Positions 1 to 18,203 of a stretch of DNA of 64,000 bases are shown in pieces. The notes under the pieces were generated by a model that searched no databases, was not told where the DNA came from, and saw only the letters and a program-made list of their open reading frames with translations. The position numbers and the translations under genes are program-made. Each line of letters opens with the position of its first letter. Within the stretch, counting starts at the first letter, position 1. Source of the stretch: Chrysomallon squamiferum (lineage: Eukaryota > Animalia > Mollusca); contig CM022676.1 of the NCBI GenBank assembly GCA_012295275.1, positions 3,844,001 through 3,908,000 on the forward strand, given 5' to 3'.

Positions 1-1196
<1,196 letters not shown>

Positions 1197-1501
1197 CTCT
1201 TATGTCAAAGTTTAATGTAACTGATGGCAAAGACCGTCGTTAGACTAATGTTTTAAATTTTACTGTCGCTAAATGTTTACGTCATAGTACTGTGCTAATT
1301 TAAAATCGGAGTGTTGTGTGTTAGTCTTCACGTCACTGTTTTCTGTTCAATGTTGACGTCATGAAGCTGCATCGATCTTTACTTAATACTGTTGTAACTA
1401 ATTACTGTACAGTTTACTTAACGAAATACATTTCAGAGACTTGTTAATTGCACACGTACTCGAAATACAGACTGTCCCCTCCTTATATGTTTTACCAAAA
1501 A

Positions 1502-1540
<39 letters not shown>

Positions 1541-2114
1541 CATTAAAATAAATAAATAAATAAATCCAAAGTGGAAATGATGTGTGATCATAATCAGACC
1601 CTAACAGTTGTTATTTCTACATAAACAGGTATCATTAGAAATTATTATTTTTACAGGAATAAATGTAAAATCCATTAAACCAGTTATGACTTTCTATAGC
1701 AGCCAGAAAAAAAAATAAAAAATAAAAAATAACTAGGAGGAGACGAAACAAGAAAATGAGAAGAAAAGTGGCAAAGAATGTAATTTGAAAGAAAGAAATA
1801 AAGAAAGAAAGAAAAAATAATAATAACATTAATAAATACAACAGATATCGTAGTAATTCAGAATCAAATCCTAGGTTTGTATATTTAATGACATTGATAT
1901 TGTAAAATCCCACTAACGAAACAACTGTATTAATATTTTTCACTTACTTTCTATACAGACTGATTTATTATGTACAGAATAAAAAAAAATATGTTTTCTT
2001 AAGGAGTATATAATAACTCTTTATTTGTTTTGTAAACATGCAATCATTCCGTATTTGTATTGCAAAAGTGAAAAACCTGTCGTATATTATATAAACATAA
2101 ACTCACATAACACA

Positions 2115-2163
<49 letters not shown>

Positions 2164-2954
2164 GTAAATAAATAAACGAGCAAGAAAAATGCAACGTAAT
2201 ATATTAGATTAAGAATTCGACAATATAACGTAACAGAAAGTAATATAAATGATCTTAATTTTGTATAACATAACATATCGTAATGCCATAGCAATGAACA
2301 TCATGGAGTAGCGTCCATCGCGTAAATGTTGTAAAAAAGATATCGGTAATATTTTGTTTATAACAATAAAAAAATACTTTACTGCAGCTTTCTTTGTCCT
2401 TTTCTTTCGTTTTTTATTTTTTATTTAATTTATGTGTTTTATCAACTGAAGACTAACATTAGCAGATTATACAAAAACACTTACACAGAACAAAATAATA
2501 AGATCCTGATATTAAGTTTAAGAAAAAATGTATAGATGAATGAATAAAGAAACAAACAAATATAATGAATGAATGAATGAATAAAGAAAGAAAGAAAGAA
2601 ATTAAAAATTAAAAGAAACAAAAACTTTATCAAATAAATAGAATGACAGAAGATAATAAAGATACGAAATACAACAACCATAATGAAAAAAACAAAACAA
2701 AAAACAATGAAATAAAATAAAAGAAATAAAGAAATTAAAAAAGAAAAAAAAGAAACGAAGAAAGAAAGAAAAACATCCTAGTCGATTTCTTCAATATTTT
2801 AATGTGCATGCAGATATAACAACGAATGAAATGACATAAAGAATGTTAGTTCAATAAATAAAATACATACGAATCAATCAAGAAACAAAATCACTGAAGA
2901 ATGAGGCAGTTGTATTTTTACACTTGTAAGCTTTCACTTTTTTATTACTTTTTC

Positions 2955-3485
2955 TTTATCAGACATGCATAGAGTTATCGATCTTGATGCACTGAAATGA
3001 ACACGTTTATGTCCGCGATTAATCAGAGAAGTGAACACAAACCGGAAGTAAGGAAACCAGATGATATCAACAGGACTTTGTTAAACTTAAGAAAGTCTTT
3101 GCATTGAACCCTAGAAAAAAATTAACTGAAGTTTCTGCGGTAACACAAAGAAGAAGATTTACGTAAAAACAGAGATCGTAAATAAAAGAATTACTTACGT
3201 TAATCACATTTAACACGCAAGTATTTGTGGTGGTAAATGAGGTATCACACACATTATTGAGATTGCAATAAACGTTCTGCTAAAATTACTTGAGACTAAA
3301 GACAGGAATACGATCCTTACGTTGTCACTTGAGTTATTCTCATTGGCTATTTCAAAAGAAAACATCACATGGTACATCTCTCTGATAACTAAAATGATTT
3401 AATATACAACGGTTTGTAAAGAAAGAATCAATCTGAAATTAATTTCACAATTAATACGAACAAGCGGATGTTGATTCAGTCTGTG
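2955..3485 (+). promoter_or_regulatory. Conserved upstream block shared by G2, G3 and G4
   Basis: Aligns by eye with the reverse complement of ~13338-13900 (upstream of G3) and ~19010-19600 (upstream of G4), e.g. GAATCAAyCTGAAATTrATTTCAyAwTTAATACGAA and AGAGTTATCGATCTTGATGCA. Confidence 0.6.
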
Positions 3486-3617
3486 CTCCTGATTACTTGT
3501 AAAGAAAAGAATCTACACACACTGGACAAAAGATCTGCTCTTTCTGGACTAGCTAACACGCAGAGTTAACTCTGGTTCATTTGTTCTAAACAATTGAAGA
3601 TTTCACAGGCACAAATC

Positions 3618-4510
3618 ATGGCTGTCATTTTCTTCTGTTTTCTCTTGATAACCACAGTCACAGGTAAGAATATTTGCTTATTTTATGGACGTGTTTTATG
3701 CATCTCTTTTATTTTGCTCTTTGTTTTTAGTATTTACAGGTGAGAACAGAGTATAATTTCTTCAAATTATTTAACATTTTTCCTTCTTGTTTTAAATACA
3801 GATTACATCATATAGTTAACGTGTATTATGCATTTGATAGTATAATTCTATTTATATACGTACCCTGTCCCTTCCTTGCTTTATCCTTCGATACCAGTAG
3901 AAATGTTCTGCAGGGTGGCGCAGAAGACATCCAACTAAACTGATCTGTTTTTGCCTCTGTAATTTTTTGTTTTGTTTTTCTTTATGATATTGAATTTTTA
4001 AAGAAATGAGAAGATTTTCCACAAAGGAGCATCCGACTCATCACTTTCGTTTAGAAAACAACCCTTCCACTTTGCTGACAATCTCATTCCGTGCTAAATC
4101 ACGATCCTTCCAGTATGATACTGGCAAAAGAAATTCAACACGGAATGACCACAAAGGCCTATCACCGCCATCCTAATGTGAGATGTAGTCCTTCAAGACT
4201 ACGAAAGTCTGTTTTATTTTAATTCAGATATCAACTGAATCATCCGGGAAGAGATGTAGTTCCCTCAGCATGAGATGTACAGCTTCTTATAAAGTGTTAG
4301 AGAGTTGATGTTCCCAGATCAAATTAAGACTAAAGTGTTGTCGGAATCTAGTTAACGCTAATTTAAAAGTCTTTATCTCTAACACTTAAGATATGTTTAC
4401 GGGCAAATAATATGATACATGGTATAGCTTACTACTATTACTTCTACAGCTACCACTGCTACTACTGCTTCTCTGCCATTAATAGTATTATTACTATTCT
4501 TCTTCTTCTT

Positions 4511-4541
<31 letters not shown>

Positions 4542-5104
4542 TTATTATTATTATTATTATTATTATTGTTGTTGTTGTTGTTGTTGTTGTTGTTATTTTC
4601 TTTGCAGGACTGGAAAACCTTGCAAAAGGTAAAGCAGCAAAACAAAGTTCAACATCAGGAGCTGCTGTTGCCTCGAGAGCCGTGGACGGAAACACAAACC
4701 CCTATTTAGACGGCGGATCTTGTTCTTCTACTCAGGTCAATTCGGCGTCTTCGTGGCAAGTAGACCTTGGTCACATGTATTCTGTAAACAGAATAAGAAT
4801 AACAACAAGTAAAGACGGTACGTTTTAACTTGTTTTATTGCCACTACTATTTGAATTATTGCTACACATGCCACCAGTGATATTGCTTACTGCTGCAACC
4901 ACTTCGCTTATTGCTACTGCTACTACTACTACAGTTACTATGACTACTAATCTTACGGTAACTTCGATTACTGATAGTAGTATCGATATTTATTTGTTTA
5001 TTTAATTACTTTGCTATATCTATTTATCTATCTATGTATAGGTATGTATGTATGTATGTATGTATGTATGTATGTATGTATGTATGTATGTATGTATGTA
5101 TGTA

Positions 5105-5177
<73 letters not shown>

Positions 5178-5331
5178 TCTCTTAACCGAGTGCACTTACT
5201 AATATCTATTTATTTCTCTATCTCTCTATCTATCTATGTATTTATATATCTATGTATCTATGTATCTATGTATCTATCTATCTATCTATCTATCTATTTG
5301 TCTTACTGTCTCTCTGTAAATCTCTGTACTT

Positions 5332-5364
<33 letters not shown>

Positions 5365-5633
5365 ATTTTGTTTGCTATTGTTTTACATGTTTCCCTGCCA
5401 GGTCCGCCGCCGTCACATCTGTACGTTGACGCGTCCGCCAAAGATGACGTCACCGAAAGTTTTTATTACAACGGAGGCACCCTCGCCGTTGGCGAAGTGG
5501 TGGACATCGTAAAACCACGCCCATTCAGAGCGTATAAGATTTATATGGACACTGTGTACGAGACGGACACGCCCCGAAATTTAACACTGTGTGAGGTGGA
5601 AGTATTCGGAGCTCCGGAACGTATGTATAAATA

Positions 5634-5716
<83 letters not shown>

Positions 5717-5899
5717 ACACACACACACACATATATATACATTATAATCATTATAGCTACTACTGCTACTATTTTTATTATTATTATTATGATTTCCATC
5801 AGTACTACCACCATTATATTTGTATCAATACTGATATTGCTACTGCTACTACTACTACCACTACTACTACTACTAGTACGTCAAGTACGACTACGACTA

Positions 5900-5937
<38 letters not shown>

Positions 5938-6155
5938 TTACAGAATACTTTCACGTGGATGAAAAACGCGGCGCGTCATCAGAAATGTTACGTCACAAGT
6001 CAAGAAGCAAACTTGAGTGCTCTAGCTTCTGTCTGTCCAGGGAAATATGTCGTTCGTTTCTATGGCAACCTTCTACTAAGGAATGCATTTTGTATCGAGA
6101 CAAACCTTCGAAGACGTCATCGCCTGATGATTTCTTGGGTTTTGTTACAGAGTAA
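3618..6155 (+). CDS. G2: signal peptide + F-type lectin (fucolectin-like) domain + PAN/Apple domain, 228 aa
   Basis: Exons 3618-3663 (MAVIFFCFLLITTVTG), 4608-4817 (LENLAKGKAAKQSST...ASRAVDGNTNPYLDGGSCSST...WQVDLGHMYSVNRIRITTSKD), 5402-5620 and 5944-6155. All introns GT-AG, phase 1; 687 nt open frame. NLA-x-GK-x-A-x-QSS, AVDGN, WxVDLG and LCEVEV are F-type lectin hallmarks. Confidence 0.93.
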
Positions 6156-6437
6156 CAATGTTAGAATTTAATTATATGATGACGTCATTGATTTCTTGAG
6201 AATGACGTCACTAATGTATTCCTAATGACATTACGATATTATGGAAATGCTACGTCATTACTAAAATAGTCAATACAGAAATGTGCTTATATTATTGGTT
6301 TCGATATTTGTTAGGTCATTAATATAAATAGATGTAGGAATATTATTATAATGTTATGGTGATCTAATTAAACTGTTGATTCAGTAACTGAAATTTAGTT
6401 GATAAATAAATAATCAGATAGTAAGATAGATAGATAA

Positions 6438-6513
<76 letters not shown>

Positions 6514-7679
6514 GGTAAAAAATAAAAACGATTAATTCATAGCAAAATTATTATTATTATTTGTCTTGTTGTTGTTGTGGTTGTAAAGAGATGGTTTGTT
6601 TGGTTAGCAGTATATTTATTGATAATAGCAACAATAACAACTATAATAAAATCAGTAACACAAGAAATTTAACATCCACGTCATCATCATCATCATCAGC
6701 AGCAACAACAACAACAACAAAAGTAATAATGGTAATTAACTTTGGAAAAGGTAACTGTTAAGAAATTTAACAACAATAATAAGAAGAAGAATGAAAAGAA
6801 GAAGAAAAAGAAAAGTAAACGAAAATGGTAATGATTATGACGATGATGAGGGAAAATAACAGTTAAAAACAACAGCAATAAACGAACAAATAAATAATGA
6901 GAAGAACAAAATGTAGAAGAAAACGAAAAAAACCGCTTGTCTTAGGCACTATATTTTTACTTTAAATAACGACGAAATGTTCTCTGTTTAAAGAAATGGA
7001 AAGACTGTTTAGAAAATAAATGCGAATACTGTTATCTCTTGGATGAGTTCTGTACTGAAATATCTTTAAGAAATATCATTAAAACAATAAATAAAAATAA
7101 TTTAAAAAAATGTAAGTACTTGTGCTCAATAATGTTATTATTATCTAACGTAAAACAACAGCCCAGCATTGGAAAATAAACGCCGATTAATTTATGGTAT
7201 GCTTTTAGTGGTATTTCTTATTAATAGCTGTAAGAGAAAATACCTTAATTAAATACTATAACAATTTTACCAATAAACTTTAAAAATGTAAAGAAGAAGA
7301 AGAAGAAGAAGAAAAAAACAACAATAACAAAACAAAAACAAAAAACTCAGAGAATATACTTTAAACAAATAACAAATACACAATAAACATTAATGAAATA
7401 AAGAAATACTCTTACTTGAGACCGTAGTTACAAAGATAAAAATAATCATCATTAACAAGGAACATATAGAAACAATTCAGTTTACTTGCAAAATGTAAAT
7501 GCAGAACTATTGTTCTTTAAAATCTTGTTTTATTATCAAAAGGAAATATATTCATTATTTATTTGAGGATTTTTTTTTTTCTAGTTTGTATTGGGTCTTT
7601 TTTGTGGTTTTTTTAAATCATTATCATATTGTAATAAAAACATTCGTGATGACATCATGATTATTAATTAGCGAAAATA

Positions 7680-7715
<36 letters not shown>

Positions 7716-7991
7716 CGCTTTCCTTCATAATACATTTAGATTAACCATCATGAAATAATTTTATAGTAAGTAGATATATATATATGCATACACATATATA
7801 TTCATTATTTAATTTGTTGTTCGATTTTTTTCTGACATTTTCTTTAAGACAATGATTATTTACGTGAAAAAGGAAAACAGAATTTCGTTGTTACAGGCAT
7901 AAATTAATATTTTAATAAAGAGTAACCATTATTCATGTTACCTAACTATTCTTTCTTTCTTCTTTTATTCTTTATTAAACTTCAATAAATA

Positions 7992-8026
<35 letters not shown>

Positions 8027-8059
8027 AATAAATAATACAGCGTTAAATTACACGTAAAT

Positions 8060-8370
8060 ATTGAGGAAAGATATTTCAAATAAAAAAAAGTAACAGAAAG
8101 ATAAAAGAAATAGGGATCAGGAAATGAAATGAAAAACACTTCAGTCGATAGAGCTGTGATTTTCTCCCGATTATGAGCATTTACTGAATAAAAATTACAG
8201 ACATCAGTGACTTTATTGATATTTTATTTGACTCTAACAGTGAAGATGCATAACGCTGCAATATAATTAATGAAATGGAACCATCTCTAACGGATTTTTT
8301 CAAAATCGTTATCCGGTGTTACTATAAATAGCTAGACTGTAGTCATGCGATGTAAAGAAGTGAAGACAAC
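8060..8370. repeat. Dispersed ~300-bp non-coding repeat between the lectin paralogs
   Basis: Close copy at ~19790-20100 (TTTACTGAATAAAAATTACAGACATCAGTGA; TTACTATAAATAGCTAGACTGTAGTCATGCGATGTAAAGA). More diverged copies at ~14630-14900, ~22120-22375 and ~8450-8640. Confidence 0.8.
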
Positions 8371-9386
8371 TACGACGACGACGACAACAACAACAGCAAC
8401 AACTACAACAACAACAAAAACAAAAAATAATAATAATAAAGAAATTCAAAATGTAAGGAAATAGGAAACAAGAAATGAAAAGAAAACCGTATCAATCAAT
8501 GACGTCACGGTTTCTATCTGATAATCTTTATTTACTGAATAATGACAAACATCAATAAATATTTTCATTAAAGGTGTGAAAATGTCATCGCTACACTCTA
8601 GTGGATTTTATGAATAGCTCAGTTGTTGTCACGTGAGATGAAAATTGTAAGTCGACGAATCACGTGATCTGTCTATAGATATTTAAATTTAAATTTTCAG
8701 CTGAAGGAATCAACCCATACGTTGCTCTGCGTGTGATCGTATCATCCGTATGTATGTGTGTGTTTGCGTGTGTATGTGTGCTGTCCTATTTCAGTATAAT
8801 TTACTACTTCATATGTTTTCTCTTGTGATGTAAGCTACCTTTTTTCTTTGTTTATTTCTCTGTTTGTTTGTTTCTTTTTTTTTCTTCTTTCTTTCCAGAT
8901 TTAGTCTTAATTTATTTTCTTCATTCATTCCTCCTTTTATTATTCTGTTCTAATTATTTTAATTCAAGATGTAATTAAATATTGATTCAAAACATGAAGG
9001 TAAGTCATTCAATCTATTAATCGGTTAACTTATTTGTGCACATAATAATATCGATTTATGTCTCTACCTCACTGAAATAAACAGCAATAACAACAAAAGT
9101 TCTGAAGAGTCTGAATTGAGGGTAAGTCCCTTTTTAATAAAAAAATAAATAAATAAAGGAAAACAAAACCAAAACGATTTATTTTTTATTTTTTTATTTC
9201 TCTTACTAACCTATAAAGTACATACAACAGTCTTATGTAAAGGTTAATACAACCGTATGACGTCAACATATAAAATATATGACGTCAACATTTAACACTG
9301 CATGTTTAGCATAGTAGTATGAGTTTAAAGTAAGACGTCAACATTCAGAACATCAGCCTGACGTCAATTTCTAACAAATATAAATA

Positions 9387-12819
<3,433 letters not shown>

Positions 12820-14324
12820 TATTTTGACTTATAAAATCTTCTCTTGCGTAAGAAGAAATCTCCTTAGAAATAACTCTTGCTTCTTTTTCCTTTTATTTTT
12901 ATATTTTTTTGTTATTTACTTTTCTTTTTCTTCTTTTTCCTTTTGTAAATTACTCTCGTCGAAAGAAATTCAACTGTATAGAGACTACTTGTGATACTAA
13001 CTTCTGGATGTTTGTTTTAATGTTCCTTAGCGAGAAGCACAACCAGTTAATTTTTCTCACATTAAATTCGTAAAAAAAAAAAAAAAAAAAAAAAAATTGT
13101 TATTTTTCTAACCAGAAAAGTGGTTACTATTCGTTCTCTTTGTTAGATATTGAAACAGAAACGTCACAAGATTTGATGCAGCAATAGGAAAAACGTTGTC
13201 CTTACATTTACGGGTTTTTTTCACTGATTGTAAAATTCCAGAAATAGAGGATCTTTCGTGTTCTGTGACTAGATTCCTTTTTCATTCCTTTTCCATAATG
13301 AGCAGGAGTAGAGACAGTTTAATCACCAACTCCTGCTTAAACTGAATCAGTCTCCGCTGTTTCGTATTAAATATGAAATCAATTTCAGGTTGATTCGTTC
13401 CCTGCAAACTGTTTTAAATTAAATTAGTTTGGTTCACACACATCTATCACGCGATTTACTTCTACCCAGCCAATAAAAATAATGCAGGTTACGATATAAC
13501 GATCGTGTTTGTGTCTTCATCTGAAGTAATTACAGCAGCATGTTTCTTACAATGCATAAGTCAATATTTCAACTGAATATCAATTTCTGCGTGCTACCTG
13601 AATTTGTTTCACAAACACTCTATGCGTTATTTGCGCCTACGTTCAGAAAGTCTTTTGTTTATGTGATCTGAGTTTACCTACAAAAAAATGTGTTGATGTT
13701 AATATAGAAAATTGCTTTCTTATGTTATTTACGTTTACAGGGAAAAAAAAAAAAAAAAAAAAAAAAGGAGTAAAAAACAGAAAAATAAAATTTCTTATTC
13801 ATTGTACTGAATATCAATAAGTCAGTCGACTTCGCACATGCCTGATGAAGAAAGAAAATAATAAAAAACATGAAATACATTGCACTAAAATGTACCAGAT
13901 TACTTTTCTGCTTGTATTCACTGCAGTTAAAAGTTTTTTTTTCCTTAGAGACGATTAAAAACAATAATTTTAGTATCTACTACTAAATTTGTCAAAAAAA
14001 TATTAAAAACGTAGAAGTTTAAAAATACAAGACTTTCTCTTCGTGTTTATTTGTTTCGTAATCTCACACTGTCTTCATTGTCTCCCTACTTCTCTTCTAT
14101 TATTATTATTATTGTTGTTGTCGTTGTTCTTGCCAAACAGACAAAACACATAGATGGTTAATTTAAACAAGAAAAGAACAATGAATTATATATATTTAAA
14201 CAAGAAAAGAACAATGAATTAAATATATATATATTGATTTCTGCATCATAATGACATCATTGTCTTTAAAACAGTGATTGCTTACAAGGAAGAAAAAAAT
14301 ACTGTTCTCATAGATTCACATTTG

Positions 14325-14357
<33 letters not shown>

Positions 14358-14493
14358 AATACTAGTAGTAGTAGTAGTAGAAGAAGTAGTGGTAGCAGTA
14401 GTAGTAGTAGCAGTAGTAGAGTTGTGTTAGAAGTAGCACTGTTATTATTAATATTGTTGATGTTGTTTTTGTTGTTGTTATTGTTTTTGCTCT

Positions 14494-14528
<35 letters not shown>

Positions 14529-15654
14529 TGTATTTATTATTACTTCCTTTTTGTTTTCTTCTTTTTTCTTTCTTTTTTTGACACCTTGACTTATCGATTC
14601 CTGAAGAATTATGCAATCAAAGCTTAATCATCAAAGATATTTTCAGGAATTAAATCACATAAACATAGGGAAACGGGAAAGAGAAAATGAACTGAGGACA
14701 ATGTCAACCGATGAAGTCGTGATTTCTGTCCAATAATCAACATTTATTCAATGAGAATTTCAAACATCAGCAAACATTTTCACAAAAGTTGATCAATATT
14801 AAAAATATTCTACTCTATGTGCGAAAATGAACATCACTAGCTTAGCATCAGTGTTACTATAGATATCTAAACTGTAGTCACGTGATGTACAACGTGAGAA
14901 AACGGGATGTCTTGCATAACAACCTCTGCTGAATTCTGGTAGTAAACGTATTTTTTATAACCAGTAAAATAATTTTTCTTACAAGCAAATAACGTAATTT
15001 TTCTCTACTAATAGGTTTATATTTGGCGACAAATAAACGTGTTTTTAAAGACCAATAATATATAGTTTAAAATTGCTTTTACTGTTTTAATATTATTGTT
15101 ATTATTATTATTGTTATTGTTGTTGTTGTTATTGTTTTTTTATTGTTGTTGTTGTTGTTGTTTTGTTGTTGTTGTTGTTGTTGTTTATATTTTTCAGTAT
15201 TTTTATTAAGACTAAATTACGGTTTATGAGTGTTAAAAGCAAATCTATTACTTTCGTTACAATGTTCTCACGAACTGTTATTTTAAATTGAGCTATTTTT
15301 TGTGTTATTTTGTGTTATATTTAATGTAATATATTATGTTATGTTATCTCTCGCTACTAAAACATTCATTTATACTTTTATTCTTCGGATCAAACTGCTT
15401 TAATTAAACGTACAATTAAATGTTTGACTCACAAAATTTAAGACAGATCAGTCAAATTTTTAATATTCGTAACAGTGATGACTAGAATACGTTAGTTTTA
15501 TCATATACATACACTCTAAAAATTCAACTCTAAAAATCAGAAAGTGAAAAATCTCATCTAATTATTAACGAACGCTCGTTAAATACAGACGATTTCGGAT
15601 ACATTCGGATCCCAGTAATATCTACCCACAATAATAAAGCGATTCTCTCACTTC

Positions 15655-15689
<35 letters not shown>

Positions 15690-16054
15690 TTTGTTTGTTT
15701 ATTTTTATTTATTATTAATTTTTTACACTTTACACGTTAATCCCTTCTGACAAACACTAATCCTCTTTAGCCCTACGCCATACGTATGTTGTGATTTACA
15801 GAGTTTCGAAGAACGATCGACATATTTGAGTTCAACAGAGTACATTTTGCGAACGTCTTTCTTCTTCTTCTCCATTTTTTATTTTATTATATTTTATTTT
15901 TTTAAATTTCCTATTCATTAATGACGCACAGAGGTGTAATGTTAAGTTTAACACAAATGAATGACGTCACTGTTTAACACAACAATAAGATTTCGTCAAT
16001 ATTTAAGCAAGGATTACGTCAACGTTTAACATAAGAGTCATCGTTATATAAAAC

Positions 16055-16546
16055 CTACGAAATTATCCGTCGCTGAATTTTTTTAGGTTTGTCTCCGTAC
16101 AACAAACATTCTTTATTTGTCATACTCCAAAGAAACGAGCGACATATTTCCTTTGAGAGACACGATTGAGCACAATCTAATTTACTTCTTGTTTGATGAC
16201 GTAATAACTCCCTTGACGCACCCCGTTTGTTAACTTGGCGAAAGTATTCTGTAAAATAATAATAATAATAATAATAAGAAGAAGAAGAAGAAGAAAGATG
16301 ATGCTGACAACAAACACACACACAAAGACAAAAGAACGAATGACAAAAGAAGACATAAGAAGAAGAAACATGGTGCATGACAAGGTTCATGAAAAACACA
16401 CTACTCACACTCACACACACACACACACACACACACAAGAGACACACACACACACACGCCACAAACAGCAGGCACACTCTCACAAACACACACACACTCA
16501 CACACACACACACACACACACACACAGGGAGACACATTCACGCACG

Positions 16547-16599
<53 letters not shown>

Positions 16600-16829
16600 A
16601 AGTATTCTGTAAAATAATAATAATAATAATAAGAAGAAGAAGAAGAAGAAGAATAAAGATGATGCTGACAACAAACACCTATACACAGACAAGAGAACGC
16701 ATAACACGCCTACAAACAGCAACACATTCACACACAGACATATTCACGCACGCTCACGCACGCACATATAATACGTACATTAGAGGTTCGTATGAAAATG
16801 CAAGAAACAAAAATGTAATTAGAAACACT

Positions 16830-16911
<82 letters not shown>

Positions 16912-17042
16912 CGAACATACTCGCACCAACACAAATGCAATCACTCATCGATAGATACAAATATGAAATTGTGATAATACTAATACACCTCATTAATACA
17001 GAAAAAAAACGTTATCACCCCCTCCCAGACACACACACACAG

Positions 17043-17076
<34 letters not shown>

Positions 17077-17443
17077 GCCTACGAACACACAGACACCCAC
17101 ACGCACAAGCATCACAACAAAAAAAACTGCGACAGTACTAATACACTTACGTTCGTCTGCTCCGTAAAGCTCTACCTCGCATAACGTGAGATTCACTGGG
17201 GATCCCTCAATCGTCTCGTGATCGAGGCTGATGTAGACGTGTCTCATTCTGATTCGTCGACGCTTGATGACGTAGTTGATAAACCGGCCAGGGCGAATCC
17301 CTGAGTGATAGTAGACAGAAAACCCAGACAGTTTATTCTTCTTTTGGACAGACACGTGTATGTACAAGCGTGACATCTTGGGACCTAGAAACGAGAAGGG
17401 AAAAAGTAAACGAATAAGAAATGAAATTATTTATAGCTGTTGT

Positions 17444-17494
<51 letters not shown>

Positions 17495-17607
17495 TTTTTT
17501 GGGGGGAGGGGAACGGGTTCTTGTTTATTTTGTTTTTGTTTTTTTTCTTGTTGTTGTTGATTTTTTTTTATAGTGTTTTGAATTTTTCTTATATATACAT
17601 TTCTTTT

Positions 17608-17639
<32 letters not shown>

Positions 17640-18148
17640 TATATCTTTATTTCTTTATTTATATAATTTCTTTTTGTTTAATTCCTTTGGTTGCTTTTTT
17701 TTTATTTTTTATATATATATTTTTTTTTTCATTGTTTCTATGCTTATTAACCAGTTATTTATTGGTAACAAAAATAAATAAAACTAATACTGGGGTACTA
17801 TTAATAGTAGCCATAGCATTTCTAGTAGTAGAAGTAGTAGCAGTAGTAGAAATGATAGTAGCATAGCATAGTAGTACTAGTGGTAGTAGTAGTACTTCAA
17901 ATAGTAGTTGTACTAAAACAATTTAAACGTACCATCTTTACTTATCATTATTCTTATTCTGTGCAGAGTATAAACATGACCTAAGTCTACGTGCCAGCGC
18001 ATTGGCGGTACAGCAGTAGTAGATGAACAAGATCCGCCGTCTAAATAGGGGTTTGTGTTTCCGTCCACGGCTCTCGAGGCAACAGCATCTCCAGCTGTTG
18101 AACTTTGGTCTGCAGGTTTACCTTTTGCAAGGTTTTGATACCCTTAAT

Positions 18149-18203
<55 letters not shown>

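Noticed and set aside
3905-4340. CAGGGTGGCGCAGAA resembling a mariner TIR start in G2 intron 1
   Set aside because: No matching inverted end or transposase fragment found by eye.
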